Virus record (IMG/VR): IMGVR_UViG_3300023184_000076
Span: 1-64,000 of that record
Length of the DNA: 64,000 bases
DNA from: a virus
Taxonomy: Duplodnaviria; Heunggongvirae; Uroviricota; Caudoviricetes
Direction: 5' to 3' (one strand)
The translations under genes and the position numbers were made by a program. Within the stretch, counting starts at the first letter, position 1, and every line of letters starts with the position of its first letter. This document shows, in pieces, positions 1-7,753 of this stretch. Under the pieces are notes generated by a model. That model worked only from the letters and a program-made list of their open reading frames with translations, did not search any database and was not told the DNA's origin.

Positions 1-992
1 TCTATGTCTATGGTGATACACATCTTCACAGGTTTCTTTTACACCATTTTGAACAATATCATCAACCCCAAGAAGAGTACGTCGTAGTGTGGGAATAGTC
101 TCCTTCACACCTTCTTGAATAATATCTTTAATTCTTTCATCACCATCTAACCAATCACCATCTTCAGTGTGTTTCACACCATCTTTAATAACATCATCAA
201 AATCCTCATTAAAACCGATACCTTCGGTGTTCTTCACCCCATTTTCAATGGTATCTTCAACTTGTCCACTTAACGGTAACCTTAATGATATGGTCTCTTT
301 CACCCCATTTTGAATGGTATCTTTAACTTCAATTAGTTGTAAATCATTAAGTTCTGAGGTATACTTAACGCCATTTTGAATGGTGTCTTCAACGTCAATA
401 TGAATTGGTTGTTGATCCCCTTGGGTATATTTCACCCCATTTTTAATGGTATTATCAATGGTGTACCGTCCGTTCCATCGATCCATATTGGTACGTTTAA
501 TTCCATTTTGAATGGTGTCTTCAACATGATGGATTGAACCGAGTAATTCACATTGGGTGTGTTTCACCCCATTTTCAATGGTATCTTCAATAGCAAATGA
601 GTCGGCAATTGATTCAGGTAAGGTGCGTTTCACCCCATTTTGAATGGTATCTTCAACTTTTCTCGGAACTCGAACAACTGTATGTGAGGTGTGTTTCACC
701 CCATTTTGAATGGTATCTTCAACCACCTCAGGTTTGATAAATCTTGACTCAAACCATTCGGTAATATATTCTTGATTTTCTATAACATCCAAAGACATTG
801 CTTTAAATAAAGATTTAAAAATATTATAGTTATACCACAATGTTTTATCTTTAGTAAATTCAATCATCCATTTTAATTCTTTGGTGTTAATTAACCAAAA
901 AGATCCATTATGGTTATATATGTCCATACCATTGGCGAGATCATCAACTATCTCAAACAAACATTCTTTTTTCTTTAGTTCTTTATTAATCA
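1..992 (-). CDS. Partial (C-terminus beyond window) tandem-repeat protein; N-terminal ~85 aa domain then >=11 copies of a 22-aa repeat with core VEDTIQNGVK(H/R/Y)T
   Basis: Own reverse-complement translation of 1..992; start ATG at 990-992 overlaps stop of 986..1639 (ATGA). 33-nt DNA core gtgtttcaccccattttgaatggtatcttcaac recurs about every 66 nt. Confidence 0.6.
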
Positions 993-1639
993 TTGTCTAA
1001 ACTGTTTGGGTAATACAATAAAGTTGGATTCTTTTTTTGAATATCAACGTCAGGGTATTTCTCTTTGAACTTCTTAACATCAAATTTCTTGGTGATTAAA
1101 TGGAAACCACTTTTAGTTGGGATGATCGATTCAATCTTTGGACCTGAAATGTATCCATTTGGAATACCAACCTCATCAAATTTAACTTCAGTGATTGGGT
1201 TACATTCGTATTCAATGAATGCCATCATCAAAGGACTTACCGCCTCAACATCATCCAAATCAATAACCCATCTTTTCTCCTGAGTCTTGATCTGACCAAC
1301 AACCGAATCAAATAAACCTTTCTGATTTGACACACCATCCCGAATACGTTCAGCAAGTAACGATAACATATTTAACGATACGTCCTTATGATTTTGTTTT
1401 TGGACATGGATATAAGCACGAGCCTTAAACATCTCACAAAGTTGTTTAATCTCATCATATCGTTTATCAAGATACTCAATAGAATCAACGCAGTAAGTCT
1501 TAATAGTCCTTACAGATTGGTGATTGTCTCTCTCACCTTCAGGTTGGTCTTTCTTACGTTTGAATACATACAACATATAGAAATCACCAACCTCAGTGAA
1601 GTTAAGTAATGGTTTTATATTTTTTAAGTTATCAATCAT
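986..1639 (-). CDS. hypothetical protein (217 aa)
   Basis: Long ORF; TAnnTTTG-type motif 27 nt upstream of ATG. Confidence 0.6.
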   Translation of the reverse strand: MIDNLKNIKPLLNFTEVGDFYMLYVFKRKKDQPEGERDNHQSVRTIKTYCVDSIEYLDKRYDEIKQLCEMFKARAYIHVQKQNHKDVSLNMLSLLAERIRDGVSNQKGLFDSVVGQIKTQEKRWVIDLDDVEAVSPLMMAFIEYECNPITEVKFDEVGIPNGYISGPKIESIIPTKSGFHLITKKFDVKKFKEKYPDVDIQKKNPTLLYYPNSLDND

Positions 1640-1666
1640 TTTTGTATTTTTCTAAATAATATTTTA

Positions 1667-1674
1667 CAAATATA
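1667..1674 (-). promoter_or_regulatory. Bacteroidetes-type -7 box TAnnTTTG (TATATTTG) upstream of 986..1639
   Basis: Plus strand caaatata; 27 nt from ATG. Confidence 0.4.
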
Positions 1675-1681
1675 CAAATAT

Positions 1682-1852
1682 TATTGAGGATTTTGTTCCT
1701 CGTATAACATATCTCTTAACATTTTATTTTCCTCAACCAAAATTTCACATTTTTTATGTTCTTTCAACATTGAGTAGGACATCATGGATCCTATAACACA
1801 TCCAATAATAACTCCTATTATTGCGGCAATTTTATAACTTTTACTTTCCATT
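1682..1852 (-). CDS. small hydrophobic protein (~56 aa, MESKSYKIAAIIGVIIGCVIGSMM...), absent from ORF track
   Basis: Own translation; one predicted TM helix; fills gap between flanking genes. Confidence 0.35.
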
Positions 1853-2080
1853 TTCTATTTGTTTTTTTAATAATTCATCTCGTTTAAAACTTAATTCTAA
1901 ATCTAAAGAAGCCCTAACAGACCAAATTAAACTACGATCAACTTTATTACGACGCATTTGACTCTCAAAATTACGTATCAAACTTCTCACACTAAAAGTT
2001 TGTTGATACGTCTCGCAGGAATCAATTACTTTTCTTACCCATTTATCTACGTCTCCGTAATGTCTACTTCTATTTTCCAT
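1841..2080 (-). CDS. hypothetical protein (79 aa)
   Basis: ORF in co-linear minus-strand array. Confidence 0.4.
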   Translation of the reverse strand: MENRSRHYGDVDKWVRKVIDSCETYQQTFSVRSLIRNFESQMRRNKVDRSLIWSVRASLDLELSFKRDELLKKQIENGK

Positions 2081-2086
2081 AATTTA

Positions 2087-2821
2087 TTAATTTTCCATTG
2101 TGGGCTTCAACCACATTAATTTGTTTTCAAAAATATATCTCTTTAACGTTGGGTAGTCATTTAACATATCTAACGTACCCATTGTATCGTGTTTGAAACA
2201 TTTAAACAACTCTTCTCGAATTCTTTCAGATGACACAACTCCCATCTTATTTTCATAATCGTAGTTGTTGACGTAGTAATCTAAAAATTTTAAACTGAAC
2301 CCTTTTGTTATTGCAAATCTTACCGCTCTTAAAACACGAAGCGGATCATCATTAAATGTTTGTTCAGGTGGTAGTGGAGTTATAAGAACCATTCGTTTTA
2401 AATCATTCATTCCATCAAATAAATCAATGATCTTACCATCTTCACCTTTAGCCATGGCGTTAACGGTAAAGTCTCTACGTTCTAAATCGTCTTTAAGGGT
2501 TCCTGGTACAACGATAGGAGTTCTTGTTCCTTCCACATACCCAACCTCTTTGCGAGCCATTACAAAGTCTGCAACCCCTTGATATTTGTGATCCTTTGGG
2601 AACTTAGCTCTTATAGTAAAACAATCAGGTGTTGATAGGAATATCTCAAATTTCTCATTTAAAAGAAATGTTTCCAACACCACATACATCTCGTGAGCAC
2701 TCTTGTACTTTTCCAATAATGTATCACTTGGGACCGCAACATAGTCAACGTCTTTAGATTGGAGTCCTAAGATCTCGTCTCTAATTTTTCCCCCTACCTC
2801 ATAAAATTTAAATAAACTCAT
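2087..2821 (-). CDS. tRNA nucleotidyltransferase (CCA-adding)/poly(A) polymerase family; start moved to internal Met MSLFKFYEVGG
   Basis: Head-domain motif YEVGGKIRDEILGLQSKDVDY matches GGxVRDxLLGx4DxD of the class II nucleotidyltransferase family. Confidence 0.65.
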   Translation of the reverse strand: MSLFKFYEVGGKIRDEILGLQSKDVDYVAVPSDTLLEKYKSAHEMYVVLETFLLNEKFEIFLSTPDCFTIRAKFPKDHKYQGVADFVMARKEVGYVEGTRTPIVVPGTLKDDLERRDFTVNAMAKGEDGKIIDLFDGMNDLKRMVLITPLPPEQTFNDDPLRVLRAVRFAITKGFSLKFLDYYVNNYDYENKMGVVSSERIREELFKCFKHDTMGTLDMLNDYPTLKRYIFENKLMWLKPTMEN

Positions 2822-2822
2822 A

Positions 2823-3140
2823 TTAATATCCTTCTCCCGTTTCGTTAATAAAATCAACCCCTTTTTCTTTTGCGAACTCAGACACCAGTCTCTCAACTAA
2901 ATCTTTATCCATTCTTCCATAATCAACAGAATAACCATAAACTCTAATTCCAAGATCAGACCAACGAACTCTTCCCCCACCACGGATTCTCCAACCCTTC
3001 AGTTCAGGTTCTTCGTTTCTAAAATGATTTGCAACGTCTTCATGAAACTCACCGTAACCTGAACGAAATACAACTTCACCCTCATTTTCAAGGATGACAC
3101 ATTTACGAACCATATCTTTTTCAATGATAACTTTTTCCAT
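2823..3140 (-). CDS. hypothetical protein (105 aa)
   Basis: ORF abutting the CCA enzyme gene; contains GWRIRGGGRVRW / YGYSVDYG motifs of unknown family. Confidence 0.5.
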   Translation of the reverse strand: MEKVIIEKDMVRKCVILENEGEVVFRSGYGEFHEDVANHFRNEEPELKGWRIRGGGRVRWSDLGIRVYGYSVDYGRMDKDLVERLVSEFAKEKGVDFINETGEGY

Positions 3141-3220
3141 AAAACAAAAGTAATTAATTTTTAGTTATAAACCAAAAAAATCCCCACTTATTGTGAGGAT
3201 TTAATTTGTTTAACCTTTTA

Positions 3221-4126
3221 TTATTTGTTCAGGTTTAAAAACAATCCTGAACCACCTGCTACCGTTGTTGGTAATTTACCGTCCCAAGCGGATGCCTTTA
3301 AGTACTCAATATACATAGGTGTTATTTGACTTTGTTTGATCTTAATTGAAAGTGCCGAAGCATTTGCGTTAATTATAGTTTCTGCAGAATCAGCTCTTGC
3401 CACGGCCACCTTACGTCTTCCTTCAGAGATTGCGGCGATTGCCTGTTGTTCTGACGCTTCCGCTTGTTGGATTGCCTTTGTCTTTGCGATGATCGCCTCC
3501 TGTAATGTTTCAGGTGGTGTTATATTTGTTCTCAATTGAGACACATTAAACCATTTAGATAACCTAACATTACATTCCGCAACAATTGCTGATTCAAACG
3601 CTTGTCGGTGATTAAAAATACTATCAACCTCCCAAGTATTCGCAACATCATTAACTGCTCCGATAATTGCGTTTTTCAACCATCCTTGTTCAACATCTTT
3701 AATTGGTCGTCTCAAGTTTACAAACATATCACCAATCGCATCCTCACGTAATGAGTAGTTGAATGTTGGTTTGATAGTTGCACCAAATCCACCTTTTAAG
3801 ATTACAGATTGATCGTCATACTCAATGTGTTGTTGGAAGATTGGGAATTCTAATACTTGTGTTGTCCAAGTGTTATATACAACCCAACCCGTTTTGTATT
3901 GGTAATTTGATACACCACGTTCTGAACCACTTAAATTAACAACAATTCCTTTGTTTCCAGCATCAATTCTTTCCAATGAATACGGTTGTACTCCACTAAC
4001 TAAAAGACCTACCACAACAACCAAAACTGGTTTTAAAAATGGCATATTCACCTCATTTTTTACGTTTCTTAAAAACATAAACACTCCTACGATCACCGAG
4101 ATCACTAAAATTGCAATACTAATCAT
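3221..4126 (-). CDS. SPFH/band-7 (prohibitin/HflC-like) membrane protein
   Basis: N-terminal TM helix, SPFH-like core, C-terminal Ala/Glu-rich coiled segment (AIQQAEASEQQAIAAISEGRRKVAVARA) typical of band-7 proteins. Confidence 0.6.
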   Translation of the reverse strand: MISIAILVISVIVGVFMFLRNVKNEVNMPFLKPVLVVVVGLLVSGVQPYSLERIDAGNKGIVVNLSGSERGVSNYQYKTGWVVYNTWTTQVLEFPIFQQHIEYDDQSVILKGGFGATIKPTFNYSLREDAIGDMFVNLRRPIKDVEQGWLKNAIIGAVNDVANTWEVDSIFNHRQAFESAIVAECNVRLSKWFNVSQLRTNITPPETLQEAIIAKTKAIQQAEASEQQAIAAISEGRRKVAVARADSAETIINANASALSIKIKQSQITPMYIEYLKASAWDGKLPTTVAGGSGLFLNLNK

Positions 4127-4340
4127 TTTTTTCTTCTTTTTTTAATTTATCAAATAATTTATTTACCATTAGTCTTACCATAAAAACAGTGTACATCAAG
4201 ACTATAACTGATCCACCTGCCTGTAGAATTAAATCCACCTCTCTGTTAATCACATATTCAAAAAATACATTCATAACCAATAGGTAGATAATTGTGAGGA
4301 TTACAACTCCCCAGATACCTAACTTTTCTACTTTAAACAT
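4119..4340 (-). CDS. small 2-TM membrane protein, overlaps the SPFH gene; possible NfeD-like partner
   Basis: 73 aa, two hydrophobic helices, start/stop overlap with 3221..4126. Confidence 0.5.
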   Translation of the reverse strand: MFKVEKLGIWGVVILTIIYLLVMNVFFEYVINREVDLILQAGGSVIVLMYTVFMVRLMVNKLFDKLKKEEKND

Positions 4341-4437
4341 CTACTTCATTTTTATTTTATTACGTAATTTAAAATATACAAAATCATTGTGACACTTCCA
4401 AGTAATACAACCATTAATGCCTCTAAATCATTTTTTC

Positions 4438-4701
4438 TCATTTTACAATTGCGGAAGTTAGAGTGTTAATCAAACCTTGGACTTTACCGAAACTATCAAA
4501 TCGAACTAATGGATCTGTATTGAAAAACTCAACATACCATTCTCCGTTTTTAATTTCCTCATTTGTTGGTGTGATGAACGTTAACCCATCAACAATATCC
4601 AACACGTAGTAATAAGAGTCGTCCTCTTCGTGTTCTCTTATTTCTTCACTTTTAAATCCTAAAAGGATTAGTTCTCTTTCTGTCATATTATTTTGTTTCA
4701 A
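4438..4701 (-). CDS. hypothetical protein (87 aa)
   Basis: ORF in array. Confidence 0.5.
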   Translation of the reverse strand: MKQNNMTERELILLGFKSEEIREHEEDDSYYYVLDIVDGLTFITPTNEEIKNGEWYVEFFNTDPLVRFDSFGKVQGLINTLTSAIVK

Positions 4702-4951
4702 TTATTTTATATGTTCCTTCAATAACCCCATATGATGACTCTTCGTGAAACTCGTATGTCTCAGCAACATCATTTGAATCCATATCCTTAGTTAGATACC
4801 AAATCTGAGTTTCCTTCCAAGTTACATTAACTAATTTTTTACCTTTTGGTAAATTAATTGTTCCTTCACCACCCCAAGCTTTTACTCTTTCGTTCTCCGT
4901 GCAAGATGTTATCATAACACCCATTAAAATTGCCAAAAACACTTTTTTCAT
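4688..4951 (-). CDS. putative lipoprotein
   Basis: Signal peptide MKKVFLAILMGVMITSC with lipobox Cys. Confidence 0.55.
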   Translation of the reverse strand: MKKVFLAILMGVMITSCTENERVKAWGGEGTINLPKGKKLVNVTWKETQIWYLTKDMDSNDVAETYEFHEESSYGVIEGTYKIIETK

Positions 4952-4958
4952 ATATTAT

Positions 4959-5198
4959 TTATTTTAAAGATTTACTAATTAACACATAAGGAGGATAGAT
5001 TCTCACCTCAGACCCATCACTATTAAAGTAATATGCGGTGTCACCATCAAAACTAATAGTATCTGTATACCATATAGCATCATGCATTGGATTTGGTCCT
5101 GAAGTTGGTACATATACCTTACCATGAATCTCATATTTATATTCTTTCATCGTACAGGAGGTTAACCCCAGTAAGATAATAAACATTAATTTTCTCAT
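4959..5198 (-). CDS. putative lipoprotein
   Basis: MRKLMFIILLGLTSC signal/lipobox. Confidence 0.55.
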   Translation of the reverse strand: MRKLMFIILLGLTSCTMKEYKYEIHGKVYVPTSGPNPMHDAIWYTDTISFDGDTAYYFNSDGSEVRIYPPYVLISKSLK

Positions 5199-5428
5199 AA
5201 ACTTTCTTCTTTGATTTTTTCGTGTTTCTCTTTGAACTTGTTAAATAACTCAACCAATTCATCAACGGAATCAAACGCCCATCTTTCTGTTTCAATAACA
5301 AAGAAGTCACCACCACCACCATTATCAGTTTTGATTGTTAAGAATTGATCTTCAGATGTGCAACAGTCTGCATCTTGTGCAAACGTAACCTTAAACTCTT
5401 GACTCAATATTTCAGCTTTTTTAACCAT
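5195..5428 (-). CDS. hypothetical acidic protein (77 aa)
   Basis: ORF; overlapping 5137..5322 alternative judged less likely. Confidence 0.4.
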   Translation of the reverse strand: MVKKAEILSQEFKVTFAQDADCCTSEDQFLTIKTDNGGGGDFFVIETERWAFDSVDELVELFNKFKEKHEKIKEESL

Positions 5429-5459
5429 ATCTTATTTTTATCAAAGATATGTATTTTTT

Positions 5460-5858
5460 TTAAATAAACCTAATTTTACCCTCAAAATTTTCAACTTCAC
5501 ATAATCCTTCATCGACAGATAATATTCTATCAATGTCTTCAGGAGTTAAAGTTAATTTTTCAGGTTTGGCATGGATCTTAAAACTTCGAGTTAAACTTAA
5601 TTTAGGGTTCTTTATCAAATTTAATACGATTTCGTTTTCACACTTAACAATCATTGGGTATTGTCCATTTACGGTTACAATGGCATCATCACCAATAAAT
5701 ATTTCTTCTGTTGATCCAAGATAAGGCTTCTCATCAATTACAAATAATTTTACTCTAGTCATTTTTCTTTTTGTTATATATATGATTATGATTCCAATTA
5801 CCACACTGATCACAAGGTTCATAATCCATTGAATTTTCAACATCATACTCAAACTCAT
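5460..5858 (-). CDS. hypothetical membrane-anchored protein (132 aa)
   Basis: N-terminal TM helix. Confidence 0.45.
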   Translation of the reverse strand: MSLSMMLKIQWIMNLVISVVIGIIIIYITKRKMTRVKLFVIDEKPYLGSTEEIFIGDDAIVTVNGQYPMIVKCENEIVLNLIKNPKLSLTRSFKIHAKPEKLTLTPEDIDRILSVDEGLCEVENFEGKIRFI

Positions 5859-6066
5859 CTCCGTGATTAATAATCATTTGAACAATCTCTGTCCAATCAT
5901 TCATACTTAATTTATTTTTTATCAATCTTAGGTTATCAATCAATTTATCCTGCAAATCATTAACCATCTCAGGACTCCTGTTATCATATTCATGGGTAAA
6001 TAATGACTCGTCATCTATCTCAACATCATTACCAAAACAATTTTCACTTAAGCTAATCTTGTTCAT
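5755..6066 (-). CDS. hypothetical acidic protein with C-terminal CDQCGNWNHNH Zn-binding-like motif
   Basis: ORF. Confidence 0.4.
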   Translation of the reverse strand: MNKISLSENCFGNDVEIDDESLFTHEYDNRSPEMVNDLQDKLIDNLRLIKNKLSMNDWTEIVQMIINHGDEFEYDVENSMDYEPCDQCGNWNHNHIYNKKKND

Positions 6067-6410
6067 ATTCTTAAATTATTTTTATTGTTCATATCCATAA
6101 TATAAATCTTTAAATTTTTAACTAAAGATTCGGAATCACATTTCTCATACATATCAGGATATCTTTTTGCCAATTCGTTTGTTTCTTCCATATCACGACA
6201 ACTTGTTAATATATCTAATAACATAGTTCTTAACATATGTTCTTTATCGTATGAATCCTCAATTTTTCTTTCAAGTACAATTTCCTCAAGTTCCCTTGTG
6301 TAATCAATTAACTCTTCAACTGGACCTAAATCCATTAAATGTTCATTACCTCTGAATATTTGACTTACGCTCTTCATAATGTTTGTTACATAATGTACTA
6401 TACCAACCAA
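6063..6410 (-). CDS. hypothetical protein (115 aa)
   Basis: ORF. Confidence 0.45.
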   Translation of the reverse strand: MVGIVHYVTNIMKSVSQIFRGNEHLMDLGPVEELIDYTRELEEIVLERKIEDSYDKEHMLRTMLLDILTSCRDMEETNELAKRYPDMYEKCDSESLVKNLKIYIMDMNNKNNLRI

Positions 6411-6732
6411 GATCTGTTCTCATTTCACCCTTTTCACCACAGGTTTCACAAATCTCATAACTTTGATTTCCAGCTAAATGTATTCTTTTAAAAATTTCAT
6501 CAGATCCGGTATTGATGTAAAATCTTAAACCACCAAACTTTTCTTTAACCTGACATATCTGTTTGTCCCACCCAAGTTTTATTAGATCCTCAATAAGATC
6601 TTTAATTATCGGGTACCAACCACTATCAACATCAAACACCTCACAGTGTTTAATACTTGGTCTATCTGAGTAAAACCCATTCTCAAGTCCACCTATGGAC
6701 TCAAGGAAATCATTCATTTCTTCTTTAGTCAT
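6346..6732 (-). CDS. hypothetical protein with C-terminal CxxC...C..H motif
   Basis: ORF; CETCGEKGE...LCNKHYEE. Confidence 0.45.
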   Translation of the reverse strand: MTKEEMNDFLESIGGLENGFYSDRPSIKHCEVFDVDSGWYPIIKDLIEDLIKLGWDKQICQVKEKFGGLRFYINTGSDEIFKRIHLAGNQSYEICETCGEKGEMRTDLGWYSTLCNKHYEERKSNIQR

Positions 6733-7303
6733 CTTTTAAAAACTTTAATATTTTTTCTTTGATGCCAGATTGTTTAATACCTTCAGCACCTTTTGGTGTT
6801 AATACAAAATTATCTAATCCCCAATCTTTCCAACCCTCACCGTTTTTACCCATATCAAGGTCATCTACCGCAACCCAATGTGTAATCTCAGGATGGTCAT
6901 GTAAGTATTGTTTAATCTCAATAACACGAGTCATCTCTAAGTCCCATTGTGGTGACCATACCCAAACCATATCATTATACCAAGTACATTGACCTAAGTT
7001 TGGTGTTAAGGCAATTGGTTTTTTTGAGATTCCTTGTGATTCATAGTACTCACCCATCTCCTCAAGGTTTGCCCATCGTTTCCAATCAGATGAGGTAACA
7101 ATCTCAGCTCCCGTTTCTTCAATAATTTTATTGAGAATCTTAATTGCCTTCTGGTTGAAGTTATCAAATCGATACTCCAAAGGGAAATCTCCCATAGACA
7201 TGGATAATTTAATCCCGTCCCATTTCATTTGTTTCTTACGTCGTCCTCCCCACTCTGAAGATAAACAAATAACTCCATCGTGATCTAAAAATATTACTTT
7301 CAT
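6725..7303 (-). CDS. HAD-superfamily hydrolase-like (possible nucleotidase/phosphatase)
   Basis: N-terminal FLDHDGV motif (HAD motif I DxDGV). Confidence 0.4.
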   Translation of the reverse strand: MKVIFLDHDGVICLSSEWGGRRKKQMKWDGIKLSMSMGDFPLEYRFDNFNQKAIKILNKIIEETGAEIVTSSDWKRWANLEEMGEYYESQGISKKPIALTPNLGQCTWYNDMVWVWSPQWDLEMTRVIEIKQYLHDHPEITHWVAVDDLDMGKNGEGWKDWGLDNFVLTPKGAEGIKQSGIKEKILKFLKDD

Positions 7304-7305
7304 AA

Positions 7306-7581
7306 TTACATTATTGATCCTTTAATTTTAAAAACATATTCAATCCATTCTTCAATTATCTCATAAAGATCATTCAACATATCTTCTTTTATATTCAACG
7401 CTTTACATATTGGTTGAACAAAAGTTCTATATTCTAAAAAGATAATTTCATCTTTTAAGTTAAATCTAAAATAAACTTCACCTTCTTTATGATAACAAAG
7501 ATTTTTTGGGCTACACACTAAGTCACCGTAATGTGTGTCCAAAAAATTTAAAATAACATATATTTTATTTTTCCCTATCAT
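7306..7581 (-). CDS. hypothetical protein (91 aa)
   Basis: ORF. Confidence 0.45.
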   Translation of the reverse strand: MIGKNKIYVILNFLDTHYGDLVCSPKNLCYHKEGEVYFRFNLKDEIIFLEYRTFVQPICKALNIKEDMLNDLYEIIEEWIEYVFKIKGSIM

Positions 7582-7677
7582 TTAAGAATTTATTGAATGG
7601 ATGGTCCTTATCTTTATTGATTTTTCTAGCAAACCTTGATGTCATTAATATTATCAATAAAAGTATAATCCCTACCA
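7566..7677 (-). CDS. small TM peptide (~37 aa, MVGIILLLIILMTSRFARK...), not in ORF track
   Basis: Own translation; TATATTTG motif 5 nt upstream. Confidence 0.3.
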
Positions 7678-7682
7678 TATTG

Positions 7683-7690
7683 CAAATATA
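7683..7690 (-). promoter_or_regulatory. TATATTTG motif
   Basis: Upstream of small peptide ORF and 7306..7581. Confidence 0.3.
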
Positions 7691-7713
7691 GTAAATTAAT
7701 TCCAAATAAAAAA

Positions 7714-7733
7714 CCCCACCTGTTGGGATGGGG
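7714..7733. terminator. hairpin CCCCACCtgttggGATGGGG flanked by A- and T-runs (bidirectional)
   Basis: Downstream of 7754..9154 stop. Confidence 0.5.
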
Positions 7734-7753
7734 TTAAAAATTTTAGTAATTTT

